From contig OZ024754.1 in NCBI GenBank assembly GCA_964016885.1, positions 4,898,001 through 4,962,000 on the forward strand: a stretch of 64,000 nucleotides of DNA, given 5' to 3'. The first letter of the stretch is position 1, and each line of letters starts with the position of its first letter. The notes under the pieces are model-generated. The model saw nothing but the letters and a program-made list of their open reading frames with translations. It did not search any database and was not told the origin of the DNA. The position numbers and the translations under genes were made by a program. Below, in pieces: positions 48,235 through 62,176 of the stretch. This stretch comes from Eledone cirrhosa. Taxonomy: Eukaryota.

Positions 48235-48351
48235 GGTGTGTGTCTGTGAGAGAAGTAGAGGTACAGAGTGTGTGTGCGAGAGAGAGAGAGAGAGAATAGG
48301 TGTGCGTCTGTGAGAGAGGTAGAAGTAGAAAGAGAGTGTGTTTCTGTGAGA

Positions 48352-48385
<34 letters not shown>

Positions 48386-48795
48386 CAGAGAGAGCAAGAA
48401 CTGGAATGGAAAAAGAGCAAAGAGGTAAAGAACTTAAAAAAAGACATCCGAAATATAAAGAAAAATGTCACAGAAACACCACCAACACCCCCTCCCCTAA
48501 AAAAAACAAAATACCAAAAAGTAAAACCATAGAATTATAGAGATAAATAAAACAAAGCAAAAAAAATGTAAGCGAAATTCTTCAAGACAGTGTACAAGAG
48601 AGTGAGTTGTCATTTTTGCCATTAAAATCGATTGCTACTCTAAACTGGTCCTTCTCAACTTAACTGCCAAAACACACAGACTGGATAAAGGAGAGTCTTG
48701 TGATTCTTCACAAAATTTTGTCTTTGCAGTCGGCATTAGCCATTACTCTTATATCAATATTACATACATACATACATATACATACATATATATAC

Positions 48796-48830
<35 letters not shown>

Positions 48831-48911
48831 GATCGATATATATATATATATATATACATATATATAGATAGATCGATATATATATATATACATATACATA
48901 TATATAGATAG

Positions 48912-48982
<71 letters not shown>

Positions 48983-48991
48983 TATAGATAG

Positions 48992-49050
<59 letters not shown>

Positions 49051-49502
49051 TCTATACATATAGATAGATCGATATATATATAGTGTGTGTATGTATGTAT
49101 GTATGTATGTATGTATGTATATATATTTGTATATGTATATAGATAGATGTATGTAAATGCCCATAGTGATCTTGTAAGTCCAGTTTGAGAAAACAACAAC
49201 AACAACAACAACAACAACAATATATACAGTGATAACAGCATCAATATCAAAACGGAAAAACATAAACAAATTATATATTTATATATATACATATAATATA
49301 CAGACATATATACATTTATATATAAACATACACATATATATATTTACAGACTGATGGACAGTGACATTTTTAAGGGATTTAAACCAAAGCTAAGAATTGT
49401 AGAGACAGAGGGAACTACAGTTTAAGAAGTAACACATATATATATATATATATATATACATACACATATATATATATACATATTACACTATATATATATA
49501 TA

Positions 49503-49538
<36 letters not shown>

Positions 49539-49774
49539 TAATATAGGTGAGAGGGATTCTTTCTGTGTATAATATAAAGATTGCGTGAGCGAAAGGAAAA
49601 AGGGGATAAAGAAAAGAAGGAAGGAAGGAAATAAGGGGTTGAAATAAGAAAGAGAGAGAAAGAGGGAGAAAGAGGGAGAGAGAGGGATGTGTAAGAACGT
49701 CTGGGCGAAAAATAAAAAAAAAAGGTAACAAACTCCCTAAAAGAGAAATAGAGGTGCAGAGAGAGAGAGAGAGA

Positions 49775-49810
<36 letters not shown>

Positions 49811-50199
49811 CAAGGAGGAAGGAAGAAGTTTGTAGTGAGAAAGGGAAATGAAAGAAGGATAGAGAGAAAGAGAGAGGAAGGAAAGAAGAAAGAAGAAAAA
49901 GTGTTGTTTTTTTTTTTTAAAAAGAAAAGAAAGAAAAATGAATAAATAAGAAAATAAAAAAAGGAGTTTAAAAAAATACCAAGATAGCCAGCTGAATCGC
50001 TAAAAGGGGACAAGAGGGGATAAAAAAATAGAAAAGAAAAAAAAAAAAAAACTCCCTAAAAATGAAGAAGATCAAGACAAATGTGATGTAAATTCAAAAT
50101 TAGAAGTGTGAAAGTAAAAGACGATATGGAGAAAAAAAATATATACACTTCCTCTTTTTCGCCGTGAAGAAGAAGAAAAATCGTTAATTTTTGCTAAAA

Positions 50200-50370
50200 C
50201 TAGCCAGAGGTGGCATCTGTAGAGAAAGGAGGAAGCTACCACCCCTCTTTCAAAAAATAGACTGTACCGGGCGGCGGGAAGGTCATTTGCCTCAACTAGC
50301 ATTACGGTCCACCTCACTTCAGTTGACCGCCGCTTTTCAGGGCGTGCTGACGGCTTTCAAGCGGCCAGTT
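50200..50370. promoter_or_regulatory. GC/CpG-rich island about 1.7 kb upstream of the Bcl11-like ATG, candidate promoter or enhancer
   Basis: Isolated CpG-rich unique sequence with E2F-like GGCGGGAA and AGGTCA/TGACC half-sites. Confidence 0.45.
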
Positions 50371-51243
50371 TTTTTTTAAACGAAACACTAAACTGGATAA
50401 AGAAATAAGAAATAAGAAAACACACACAAAACACACAACAAAAAAAGAAAAAAAAAATTATCGAGAAAGAAAGCAAAAAAAAAAAAATGATGAAAAAACT
50501 TTGAAAAAAAAAAAAAAAATTTCAGATAGATAAGAAAATATTGAACAAAACAAAACAAAACAAAACAAAACATTACAACAAAAAAGGAGAAACCCTATAC
50601 AAAATATACATCCATGTAATATATATATATAGATATATAATTATATATATCATACATATATATATATATATATATATATGCAATAACACTACACACACAC
50701 AACAAAACAACAAAAAAAGATAATAACCAAACCAAGACAGCACCACCACCACCATCATCATCATCATCAGCACCAATAACAACTAGAGATCTATGCTAAT
50801 ATTACAAGATCGATCGGTTTAACAGTAGTAGAGTTGGCTCCAAACTCTCTTTTCTGCCAGTAAAGGCTGTCGTTAAACGACCCTCGCAACTTTGAACTAT
50901 ACTCCTCCTGGCTCGCTTAACTTTTTTTTCTTCTTCTCCTCTCCTCTCTCTCTTCTCTGTCTGTCTCTTTCACCCTGGTATTTTTATCTCTCGTCTCATC
51001 CCTTTTCAAAAACTTGGCTGTTTTCGTTATGATCATTTCACTGCAAGGACCCGTTTTTACTTTTTAATTCTTCTTTTAAAAGAAAGAAAAGAAAGAAAAA
51101 ATAACTAAACTAAACTAAACTAACAAAACACACACACACAAAACTTGTTGTTGTTGTTGTTATTGTTGTGTTCTGCTTGTCACATGGCGATGGAAGAAGT
51201 TTACTGATATATATATATATACACACATATATATATATATATG

Positions 51244-51279
<36 letters not shown>

Positions 51280-51972
51280 CATATATATTACTTTATACAC
51301 CTTACAAGGAGTCGTCACCAACCAACCAACAGGAATTATTTACCCACCACGAAAAGGAATTAAAGAAAGAAAGAAAAAAGGATATATTATATATATATAT
51401 ATATATTATTATTATTATATACATACACACACACATACATATATATATTTATATAGATATATATATATACGCACGCAAACACACGCATATATATATATAT
51501 TTATGTACTGCCCATAGTGAGGGAGTAAAAAAGGGGGGGAATCGGGGTGTGTTGGTGTGCTTATCGTTACATATATATACACATATATATATATATACAT
51601 ATATATATACGTATACATACATGTTGGCGTGTGTGTGTGAGTGTATGCGAGAGTGTATATGCGTATGAAGGGGGGGGCACTGTTATTTGGGCCCCCGTCA
51701 AACATCCATTTCTACCCTTGCTGACCTAGGGAGAAAAAAAAAAAAAAAAATAATAATAATTATAATAATAAATAAGAGAGAAATCTCTTTTCTATCTCTG
51801 TTATTTTTTCTTCTTCTCTCTCTCTCACTCTCTCTCTCTCTCTCTCCTCGAGGTGGGGGTAGAGTGAGTGACCTTCGGTGAACCGTAGTGGCCAGACAGT
51901 TCGTGACCTGGGACTAAACTAAGAAGAAAGGAGTGCGAGTCGCACAGCAGGTGCTCGGGGGGAAACTTTCCC

Positions 51973-52026
51973 ATGATTCAGCAGAGATCGCGGCCATCTT
52001 ACATGTTATTCTTTGTCCAGATGTAA
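51973..52026 (+). promoter_or_regulatory. uORF (MIQQRSRPSYMLFFVQM*) with three in-frame ATGs ending in ATG-TAA, overlapping a YY1-like CGGCCATCTT (51991-52000)
   Basis: Direct translation. It ends 45 nt before the main ATG. Confidence 0.55.
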
Positions 52027-52071
52027 AGCCGTCGTCCGGATCGAGATATTTTATAGAAGCTGTCTGGCAAC

Positions 52072-52123
52072 ATGTCACGGAGGAAACAGGGCAAACCACA
52101 GCAAAGAAAAACCGTTGATTCAT
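52072..52123 (+). CDS. Bcl11: First coding exon of a Bcl11/CTIP-family C2H2 zinc-finger transcription factor (NuRD/RBBP4-binding N-terminal motif)
   Basis: CAAC-ATG context. MSRRKQGKPQQRKTVDS shares its first 10 residues with vertebrate BCL11A. Phase-1 donor T|GTAAGT at 52124. SALL (MSRRKQAKPQ) and FOG (MSRRKQSNP) match less well. No later exons were found in the window. Confidence 0.85.
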
Positions 52124-53534
52124 GTAAGTACCTGTTGTTGCTACTACTATATAATCTTGCCCACTGCCATGTCCGAACATATTCTGTCTCTTTTTTTCTA
52201 TCTTTCTATCTTTGCCCTTTTTGTATATATATGAAAAATATGTATATATATATATGTATATACAAATCTATATATTACGATTTGTTGTATAGCAGCTATT
52301 TAATGTCGAAGATTATATTCTTACCTATATGTTGTATATATTATATTGCAAAGACACTTTTGCGGCCTTATTATATGCCTACATATATCTCCGCTTGCGT
52401 GTGTGACCAATCTCCCTGTGGTCAAAGAAGAGGGGACGATGGCTACGGCCACACTATGTTAGCTTTACAACTGCAACTGTTACAGCACAAGAAAGCACAT
52501 GCACACACACACACACTCTTTTTACACTCTTTCTCTCGTTTATGCACACATCTATCTGTTTCAATCTCTCTCTCTCTTACCCTCATTCAAATATTGCTCT
52601 CTCGTATATATATATACACATACACATATCAATGTTTCACTATGTAGTCTTCTCTCTCACACACACACATATATATTTACATATATCTATATATTTATAT
52701 CGTTCACATATCCAGCTCTATATTACTCCCTCATTCATACGCACACACGCACATCACGTATCTCTCATTCAATATTACTTCTTTCGATCAAATACATAAA
52801 TACACACCAGTCTTAGTCTTTCTCTTTCATCTCTCCAGTCGTCTCTCTTCCTCTTTCTTTCACATAAACATTTCATATTGTTGTTCCCTCCAGTTTACCA
52901 ACATATCTCTATATCTCTCCTTCTGTTTTCCTCTACACTTTACACACGATTTAACGAAACATTGTTGTATATATGTGAATGAGAGAATACCACACGCTAT
53001 ATATATATATATGTGTGTGAATGTATGTATGTATATATAATTTATTTACATTTATTTATGTATTTATAAGCGATCCTGGTATAAACACTGTCGTTATTAA
53101 CAATATATATATATGTTAGACATATATACTCGTGTTTATATATACATCTATGCTCGTGTATATTATTATACACATAGCCATGTGAGATCAAGCTAGTTTA
53201 TCTATCTTTCTACCTCATATTACTGCTTTGTTACTTAAAATAGAAGGGTAGATACTACTACTACTACTACACATAGTAATAATAATATTAACAATAATGG
53301 AGGGGGGGGGGAACCATGCTGTACTCCCCTCGATCTTCATAAATGAGAAGTCCTATCTATATAAGATTGCATGTTTTGTTGTAGTACATATGTTCTGTCA
53401 GACTAATGTCTTCTATAGTAACATAGCTTTTTTCCTTGCTCCCTTAAAAAAAAAAAAATAATGTATTCAGCTTTAATTTAATCTAGTTTTTTGTTACTCT
53501 CTTCTGGCTACTCGTGTTCAATATAATACATATA

Positions 53535-53579
<45 letters not shown>

Positions 53580-53740
53580 TGATCGAGACTTGCGTAGTTT
53601 CCTTTCATCTATCCACCCTCAACATTTTTTTCATAATCTATTTGTTATTTAACTATATTCTGTCTCAGTGTGTGAATGTACAAAATGTCCTATATTAGCC
53701 CCTCCCCCGCGTGTTTTTCTTACACTCTTCAATGGTCCTG

Positions 53741-53775
<35 letters not shown>

Positions 53776-54039
53776 CATACAGACAGACACGGCAGTGTGT
53801 GAGAATTATTTGACATGGACTAAATTATATTTCAGCTAAACTGGATCGTTTATAATAGCTTTTCTAACGCCTGGTCATTTATTTCACACGTACACATACA
53901 CACACATATATATATATCCTCTCACACCCTCGTTGTAATGTCTACTTTATTCTCTCGGTTCATATCACGTTAAAAGGCCACAGTTCTCTCTTTCCTCTCT
54001 CTACATTTAACTATTTCTTTCACACACCGACACACACAC

Positions 54040-54620
54040 TCAGATCCATACACACACTCACAACCCTACAATCAGATTCACACACACGCACTCACAAACC
54101 TACAATGTGTTATACACATACATACGTAACCCCTATAGTCAGATCCACACACCTACAATTAGATATATATACACACACATACAAACATAACCCCTACAAT
54201 CAGATACATACACACACACACACAACCCTGTAATCAGATACACACACACAACCATGCAATCAGATATACACACACAAACACAAGCCCTTACATTCAGATC
54301 CATACGCAGACACATACATCAACCCTGCAATCATATATACATACATACAACCCAGGAATCCCATATATATTCACACACGCACAAACGGCTCCTTACAACA
54401 GATCCACACACACGCACACATACATAACCCAGGAATCCCGTATATACTCACACACTCAAACGGCTCCTTACAAGCAGATCCACACACACACACACAACCC
54501 AGGAATCCCATATATATATATATACACATAAACGGCTCCTTACAATCAGATCCACACACATAAGTTAGCAATCCCATATACACACAGACAAACAACTTTA
54601 CAATCATATCCCCACACACT
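54040..54620. repeat. Degenerate minisatellite (AACCCTACAATCAGATCCACACAC) in intron 1
   Basis: Recurring TACAATCAGAT core with (CA)n spacers. Confidence 0.8.
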
Positions 54621-56326
54621 GTCTGTCTGGCGCTGGTAGGCATCGCACGTGGTCTTCAAGTATTTCTAGTAACGAGGTTAAAATTTAATATTATATCCTC
54701 AACGACTGTTTTCCATTTATAGACATTGCGTGTCTTGGAAATGCCCTGCCTTTTGCCTCCTTTCTTTTTTATCATTTAATCTGCTTTTCTTCCCTGTCTT
54801 ACTGGAATTGTTAGTTTTCTATAATATAGGAGGACTAAACCATTTTCAAAGCCCTTACAATTTCTCCTTTCTTCTTGTACTCTCGCATATCTATATATAG
54901 TTAGATACCACACACACATACCAAAGTAAAAGGGCATTCCCCGCCTCAAAAGTCCCTTGTTTTGTTTCCATTTCATACACGTTTGAAGGAGAGTAATTTT
55001 AAGTTGTGTGGTTAAACAAAAACACAATAGTATTGTATGTATTTCATCAACACTTTCTGTCGAATTAATCGTGGACTCCGCCGTTTATTTTAATGTTATT
55101 ATTAATAGAAATAATATGTTTTATGGTTGTAGTTCCATTATAACATTCTAATTGTTCTGATGTATTAAATTTCCAGTTAAACAGACCAGCATGCAGGTTT
55201 AGTTTATGTCTGTCTGCCTTATGGAACGAGATTCTGTTTTAAAAAACACAAAACTAGGGAGGGCTAATTTTTCTGTTTTCTTTTCCTCTCTCACTCTCGC
55301 TTATTTTTAATTTTAACACCAACTCGTCATTGTTTTAGGTGTAAATCCTGACCAAAAAATATGGACTATATAACTCGCTTTCTAAGCACTGGAATTCCTT
55401 CTAACAATGTGTATAAATAGTGGTAGTTGCAATAATTATAGAATTATTTTTTGCCATCTGTAAATGTTTAGGGAAGGAGAAGAGAGAGACAGAGACAGGG
55501 AGAATTTCTCATGGAGAAAAGTCGCTGTTGTTATTTTTTTTTGGTTTAATGTCTCAACAATCCCAATTTTTTAGTTATTCGAATCGCTAATGTTGGCAAG
55601 TAGCTTCTCTCACACTAGCATAGAATAACATTTATTTATTTATTCATTTTAACGCCTCTACTAAAAAAATAGATGAATGCAGCGAATTTTTGTTCTTCCA
55701 TATAATATAGCTGATGCTTATTTTTACACACACACACACATATATATATATTTCCCCTGTATTTATAAATATACAGATTACACGTGGGTGTCTAATTGTA
55801 CTAGCCTTTGTAATGAATTCTTTACAAGGGATTCTAGTACAATTTACTGAATTTCACACACAAACACATATATATATATTTGTGTGTGCGCCTGTTTTGG
55901 TCTAGCAGTCCTTGAGAATTCTGATTTTTCCATATCTAAAGTGGTAATGTTTTTTAGGGTGCTAGCTAGCAGTAGTTCTCTGGCTGCATTACAATTTTTT
56001 TCTCTCCCCCTAAAAAACTGATATTACTGTCTTTTTGGTAAAACAGCAAATAACACTGGTCAGTAATTTCATGCTTCACATTAAAAAATAAACCCTCTGT
56101 AATTATATATATATATATATATGTAGTGTAGTTTTTTATTACAAATATTGATGTTAAAAAATCTTAATGTAAGGTGATATGGTCACTCAAAACTTTAGTG
56201 GCGTCGAGTTCCTTACACACGGATATATATATATAATATATACACACACATACATATATACATACATGTGTATATATACATATTCTATTTGGTATTGAGC
56301 AATTATTCTCGTGTTTATGTACACAC

Positions 56327-56377
<51 letters not shown>

Positions 56378-57058
56378 CACATCTACAACGCGTGCGATAT
56401 CATCTCCCTATTATCCAACACTTCTGTCAATATTTCCAATGCAGTATGTGTGTGTGCAATATCTACATATATATGTGTGTGTATCTATAGATCGAATTCT
56501 TCAGTATTTTTGCGTGGTTTATTCCTCGTAATTTTCTTCCTTTTCCTCAATCTCTGTCTCTCTCGTCAAATTAGTTGCTCTCTTTCTCTCTTTAATCACA
56601 CACACATGCTCACATCTTTTCTAATATATAGCTGTTACATTTCACAAGATAGAAGCCGACGTATTCCTTCCTCACATCAGGTATTTTTTTTTCAAAGGGA
56701 GGAGGGTGCTTCTATTGTTGTTATTGTTGTAGTATCTCGTCACACCCTCACCTCCTCTCACTTCGACCCGTGCGAGCAAAAAAAAAAGAGAAAAAAAAAA
56801 TCCCTCACTCCCACTTTCTCTCTTAACGTAATGTCTCTGTGTCTGTGTGTGCGCTGCCCTCTCTAGCTCTCTCTCTCTCTCTCTGTATATATATATATGT
56901 GTGTGTATATAGAGGAATGAGCTCATTTGTATGAGATGGCTATTATATATATATACATGCGTGTGTGTTTATCAACTGTAAGACGACGAACTAGAGACGA
57001 ATTTCTCGACTCTATCCATATCATTACCTATTATGATGCACTTGTCGTAAACACACAT

Positions 57059-57092
<34 letters not shown>

Positions 57093-57272
57093 CACACACA
57101 CAGTTATGCACTCAATAAAGACTGAGGATTGTAGAGTGAAAATCTCATTTATTAACGATAATTGGGTTTTCAGAACACATTGTTTTGAGGAGCCAGTGTC
57201 GGTGAAACTTAAGAGTAAACATCTACCTATCTATCTATCTATCTATCTATATATCTATCTATATATATGAAT

Positions 57273-57652
57273 TCTTTTTTTCAAATACCACTTTGGAAGA
57301 AGAATCAGGATGGAGAGAGAGGTGCTGTACCTCAGCAAGTTTTATGAAAGGTGGGTGAAAGTGGCGAGAATGGCCCGAGTGAATGGGCCTTCTCTCTATA
57401 TCAGCCTGTAGGTTGAGGAAAAGGAGGAGGAGAGGAAAGGAGTACAAACTCTTCGTACTCCTGGAGATGAGGGTTGCACATTGTTTCGGGGGTATGTGTT
57501 ACCCATATGAACTGTCTCCCCCCTATTGGGGAAAATCGACTAATTTTTTAAATTGCATTTGTGATAATATTTTACACGTTTTTATTGTATGTAAACTTCC
57601 TCCATTTGTATTTGTCCCCTTCTTTTGTGCCCCTGTGGCTAATAAAGAAACA
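57273..57652 (+). mobile_element. 5'-truncated L1/Tx1-like LINE: ORF2 C-terminus, 3' UTR, AATAAA, 17-bp TSD
   Basis: 57277-57411 encodes FFKYHFGRRIRMEREVLYLSKFYERWVKVARMARVNGPSLYISL*. TSD TATCTATATATATGAAT at 57256-57272 and 57653-57669. Clade assignment is by resemblance only. Confidence 0.8.
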
Positions 57653-58327
57653 TATCTATATATATGAATAATATTCGGTGTCTATGCCTGTGTAATAAAT
57701 AGTGTGGTTATATGTGTTGTGATAACCAGATGTGTGTTTAATCGATCGATTTCATTGGAAAGAAAGAACCAAAACAACGGAAATGATTTTTAATAATTCT
57801 TTTCTTTATTAAAATTAACAAAACTCCGAGTCCGACTGAGTTTCGATCTAAAGGACAAGCCATTCCTTGCATAATAATATGTATAATTATAATTAATTGG
57901 AATAATTATTATTATATATATATATCTACCCATTCTCTCTCATTGCATACGGACTTTATCTCATTCTGTGAATTATGTTTTGTATATATGGACATGTGTG
58001 TGTAATATACACATAGATATATAGGTGTGTGTATATATATATATATATAGAGAGAGATAATGTGCGTGTGTATATATATATATATATAGAGAGAGATAAT
58101 GTGCGTGTGTATATATATATATATTATGTGCGTGTGTCTGTGATGGCCGGAGTCGTATTTTTCAATCTCTTTGTCTGGTCTTTAAAATATTTTTTTAATC
58201 TCTTAAAAATTGGTCTCCCAGTACATTGATGTTGTGTGTGTGTCAGTGCAGAGGCGTGTGGGTTTACTGTTAGGGAGAGTCCTCCCCCACCACCACCATC
58301 ACCACTCTAAAAAAATATATATGTGTG

Positions 58328-58371
<44 letters not shown>

Positions 58372-60516
58372 GTGTGTGTGTGTGTGTGTATCAAAAAATG
58401 TTATGCTGGAAATATTTGCTTTTGTTTGTGGTCACTGTGTGTGTGTATATTTGAAAGGGCTGCTTTTAATGTTTTGTCTGGTTTGTTTCGGAGTGAATAT
58501 GATGTGTTTTTTTTCTCTTTCACGTGGAGTCTTAACGTCGTGGCAGCAGCAGCAGTAGCTGTAGTAGTAGTAGTAGTAGTGGTGGTGGTGGTAATATAGC
58601 CATGGTAATTATAGTGGTAGTAGTTTGCAAGCCCGGCACTTCTCTCTCTCTCTCTCTCTCTCTCTTTTGTAGATAGATATAGTTTTTCACTGTGGTTGCT
58701 TACTGCTTGTTTCGGTCGTTCCATTTACCTACTGTCCATGAGATTGCTTCGCACACACACACACACATACATACATAGATACACACACATGCATATATAT
58801 ACATAGAGGCTTACTTATATGGTTGAAAGGCCAGTACACACATACACACCCACATAAAGACCTCCTTCCCATCTCTCGGTTTCACCCTTCCCCATACATG
58901 TACATGTGTGTATATATATATATATATTGTAGGGTTTCTTTTCAAGACATATATATATATATCTACACATATATATGCGTCTGTCACTCATACCATGTGT
59001 GTATGTATGTTCTGTCGGTCTTTGCTAGCTTACTCTGCCCACTTTTTACTTCTTTCTCCCGCGTTATTTTTTCTCTGTCAATCCTCTTTCTTCTCTTCTC
59101 ACACTACTGTGTACGTGTGTTCGCGCCCGTATCTATCGCCATCTCTATGTCACTCCCTCTTCTGTGCTTGTGTGTTCGTAATTTTCCCGCGCGCATGTAG
59201 CATTTCGCGTGTGTTCATTTCACACACGCATATATATATATACACATATATACATATATGTGTATATATATATATTTATATATACATACATGTGCGTGTG
59301 TACTTTGTGTGCACTCATTGTAAGCTGGTGTATGTTAGTAGGAATTTTGTAACTAATAACTTATAAGGGTTTTGTCTAGCGTCTTAACCCCTGTTGCTAA
59401 GATAGAGTTTACACACACACAATTGTGAGATGTCTCTGTAGAAATTAAACCCACATATGCCAACTAATTTATATATTACTAATAATGCCTTTTCTCAAGC
59501 CAATTAAAGAAAATATATCTAAAAAAAAAAAAAACCCATTCGGTTGGTCGAATTTGGCCATATTTGAACCCGTAACACTGAAATAACTTGCTCCACCCAT
59601 CTCCCCTCCTGTTATTGTGTGTCTGTGTTATATATATATTTCTAACACAAGCACAAAGCCATCAATTTGGGGTGGGGTTGAGTAGAAATATCACCCCTCC
59701 GTACTTGCTACTATCTAACTGAGGTTAGTTGCCCACTCTATAAAGTGGACATAACTTACACACATCTGTATGTATATATATATATATTGTGTGTGTATGT
59801 ATATTATATCCACAGACCCACCCACTCTGCTGTGGAAGTATACCATTTCTGTTGAAAGCACCGGCCTTTCTTTACACTCCTCTCATGGAACTCTGCAATA
59901 TTTCCGCCTCTAACACGCATCTTTGCTCTTTGTAGCGCCGCCCTTAATCTCCTCCCCCTCTCCCTATCTCTCTTTCCTCAATATCTGGTCTAATAATGGT
60001 CTTGGCATGAACGACACACACTCATCGGTTCTCCTCTCCACTTATTTTACATTTATTTCTAATAAAAATATTGATATAGGTTCTCTTTTCTACGTTTCAG
60101 TCTGTCTGCCCCTCTCTCTCTCTATATATATATATACACACACACACATAAATACATATATAGAGATGTGTGTGTGCGTATATATATATATCGGTCATTT
60201 TTCTCCCTAAATTTCCTAGCCCACTCATCAAAGCTACTACTTACATTACTCACCGCATCCAAGGCCGGTGTTGGACTATTTTATGTCCCCCGACAAGGAC
60301 AACTACTTACACACGCGCACATAAAATTGCCAACGCCGCTTTTGAAAAACAGGTCAGTTGGCCTAATGGTAGTAACACTGGTCCTGCTCACAGTAAAAAA
60401 AAAAAGTTTAGTTCACGACCTGCCTCACTCCTAGATCAGATTTCGAGCCCATTTTGGAGTCGTTTTGCCTGTTTGTCTGAGCTAGTACTGCTGTTTTTAC
60501 CTTTTGAAAAGGCACC

Positions 60517-60551
<35 letters not shown>

Positions 60552-62131
60552 ATATATATACTGGATAAGGTGTACTTATAAAAAGAGGAAAGCAAGAATA
60601 TATATATGTGTATTTTGTACGCTTCTCTATGCTATACACCCACCCCTTTGGTCTCTGTCTGTGTGTCTGCTGCGAGACCCTACAATGATGTATGAATTGT
60701 AGAGAAAAGCTCACTGTTGCTTGCTCGCTTGTTGTTTTTACTCAAGGGGACAGACAGCCCTGATCGAGGAGGCCTATGCTTTTTATCGAGTATATTATCA
60801 TCCAATGGGCTCTTCCTGTTTTTCGGACTTTAGGTTGTATATTGAGAAAGATTTATTTGGCTGCTATTTCTAGCATTCGAGCGACTACATATGTTATCTC
60901 GTAGATAAGAATGAAGCATGGTGCAAGAGGTCTCTTTCTTTCTCACCATAGTGTGTGTGTGTGTGAAAAGTCTAATAGCTGTTATGTTAAATCTTGACAT
61001 GTAAACACACACACACACGTATGGATCTCCGTCGTTATCGAAGATCACTATAAAATAATTGAACTGTTTTCTCATTTAAATTATAGTGTAAACTAGTTAT
61101 TATTCTATAGACATGTGTACTAGTAATTCTCAGGATGACGTAGTGTGTGACAAGGTTTCTGGCTGGTATGTTTTAGTTACTGTTACAATCCATCCGACGG
61201 GCTTCCGCATAGCTTCTGTCAGTATCACCCGCAAGTTTAGTTGACCTGAGACAAACAAATTGCTCAAATTACTACATGCTGGAATCGAACCGGAGCACAG
61301 ATGATTGCAAACAAAACTTGTTAACCACTCAGCCATACCTCCATTCACATACATGAGGACATAAACACAAAATTAAGCATTCATACATACATGTATACAA
61401 ATCAATGTTCGTGTGTTAGCCCTGTGTTTGCAATTAGTGGAAATCATATTGGTTGTGCTTTTAATAATTGTGGCTGGGTTTTACTGGCTGGATGGACTTC
61501 CTAACACAAACCACTTTACAGCGTGGACTGGGCTCATTGTTGGTGCCACAAGCACTAGAGTGGTTGTCTTACCAGACTTAAGAGTCCTCTCCACCCTATA
61601 TCAGTTTTTATTTGGAGTGTCTACTCACCTAGACTGGTTGTCTTCACTGCGGCTTACAGGTCCATGCCTCCCTAGTATAGTTGTTTTAATCGGATCACTG
61701 CTCTCCTAGACAGGTTGCCTTCACTATGGCTTGCAGGTCCATGTCTACCCTTGTGTATATCAGTTTTTATATATTTGTCTACTTCACTTCATACATAATC
61801 AATTGTTTATGGTTTGAATTATCCTTCAGCAGAAGAGATGTTGTGGCATTCATTCCTTTCCAAATGAAAATTGAACCTGGATCTTTAGGGTTGGTTAACA
61901 GAAAAGTTTACCACCTGTTATATAATGTGAGTGTATGTAATGGTCCTCCGTCGGTTTTGACGATGAGTGTTTCAGTTGTTTGACTAACAGAACAAGCAGT
62001 CTGCTTGTGGAATTAACGTGTGAATTGGCTGAACATTCCACAGACACGTGTATCTTGAATGTAGTTCTCAGGGAGATTGTGTGACGCAATGTGACAACGC
62101 TGGCCATTTATTTGAATTATAGGTACAATTC

Positions 62132-62176
<45 letters not shown>

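Noticed and set aside
50202-50217. CTCF-like site CCAGAGGTGGCA
   Set aside because: Imperfect spacing against the consensus, not distinguishable from chance.
52124-52647. Continuation of the 191-aa ORF beyond the Bcl11 motif
   Set aside because: A strong GTAAGT donor lies at 52124 and the rest is low-complexity intron sequence.
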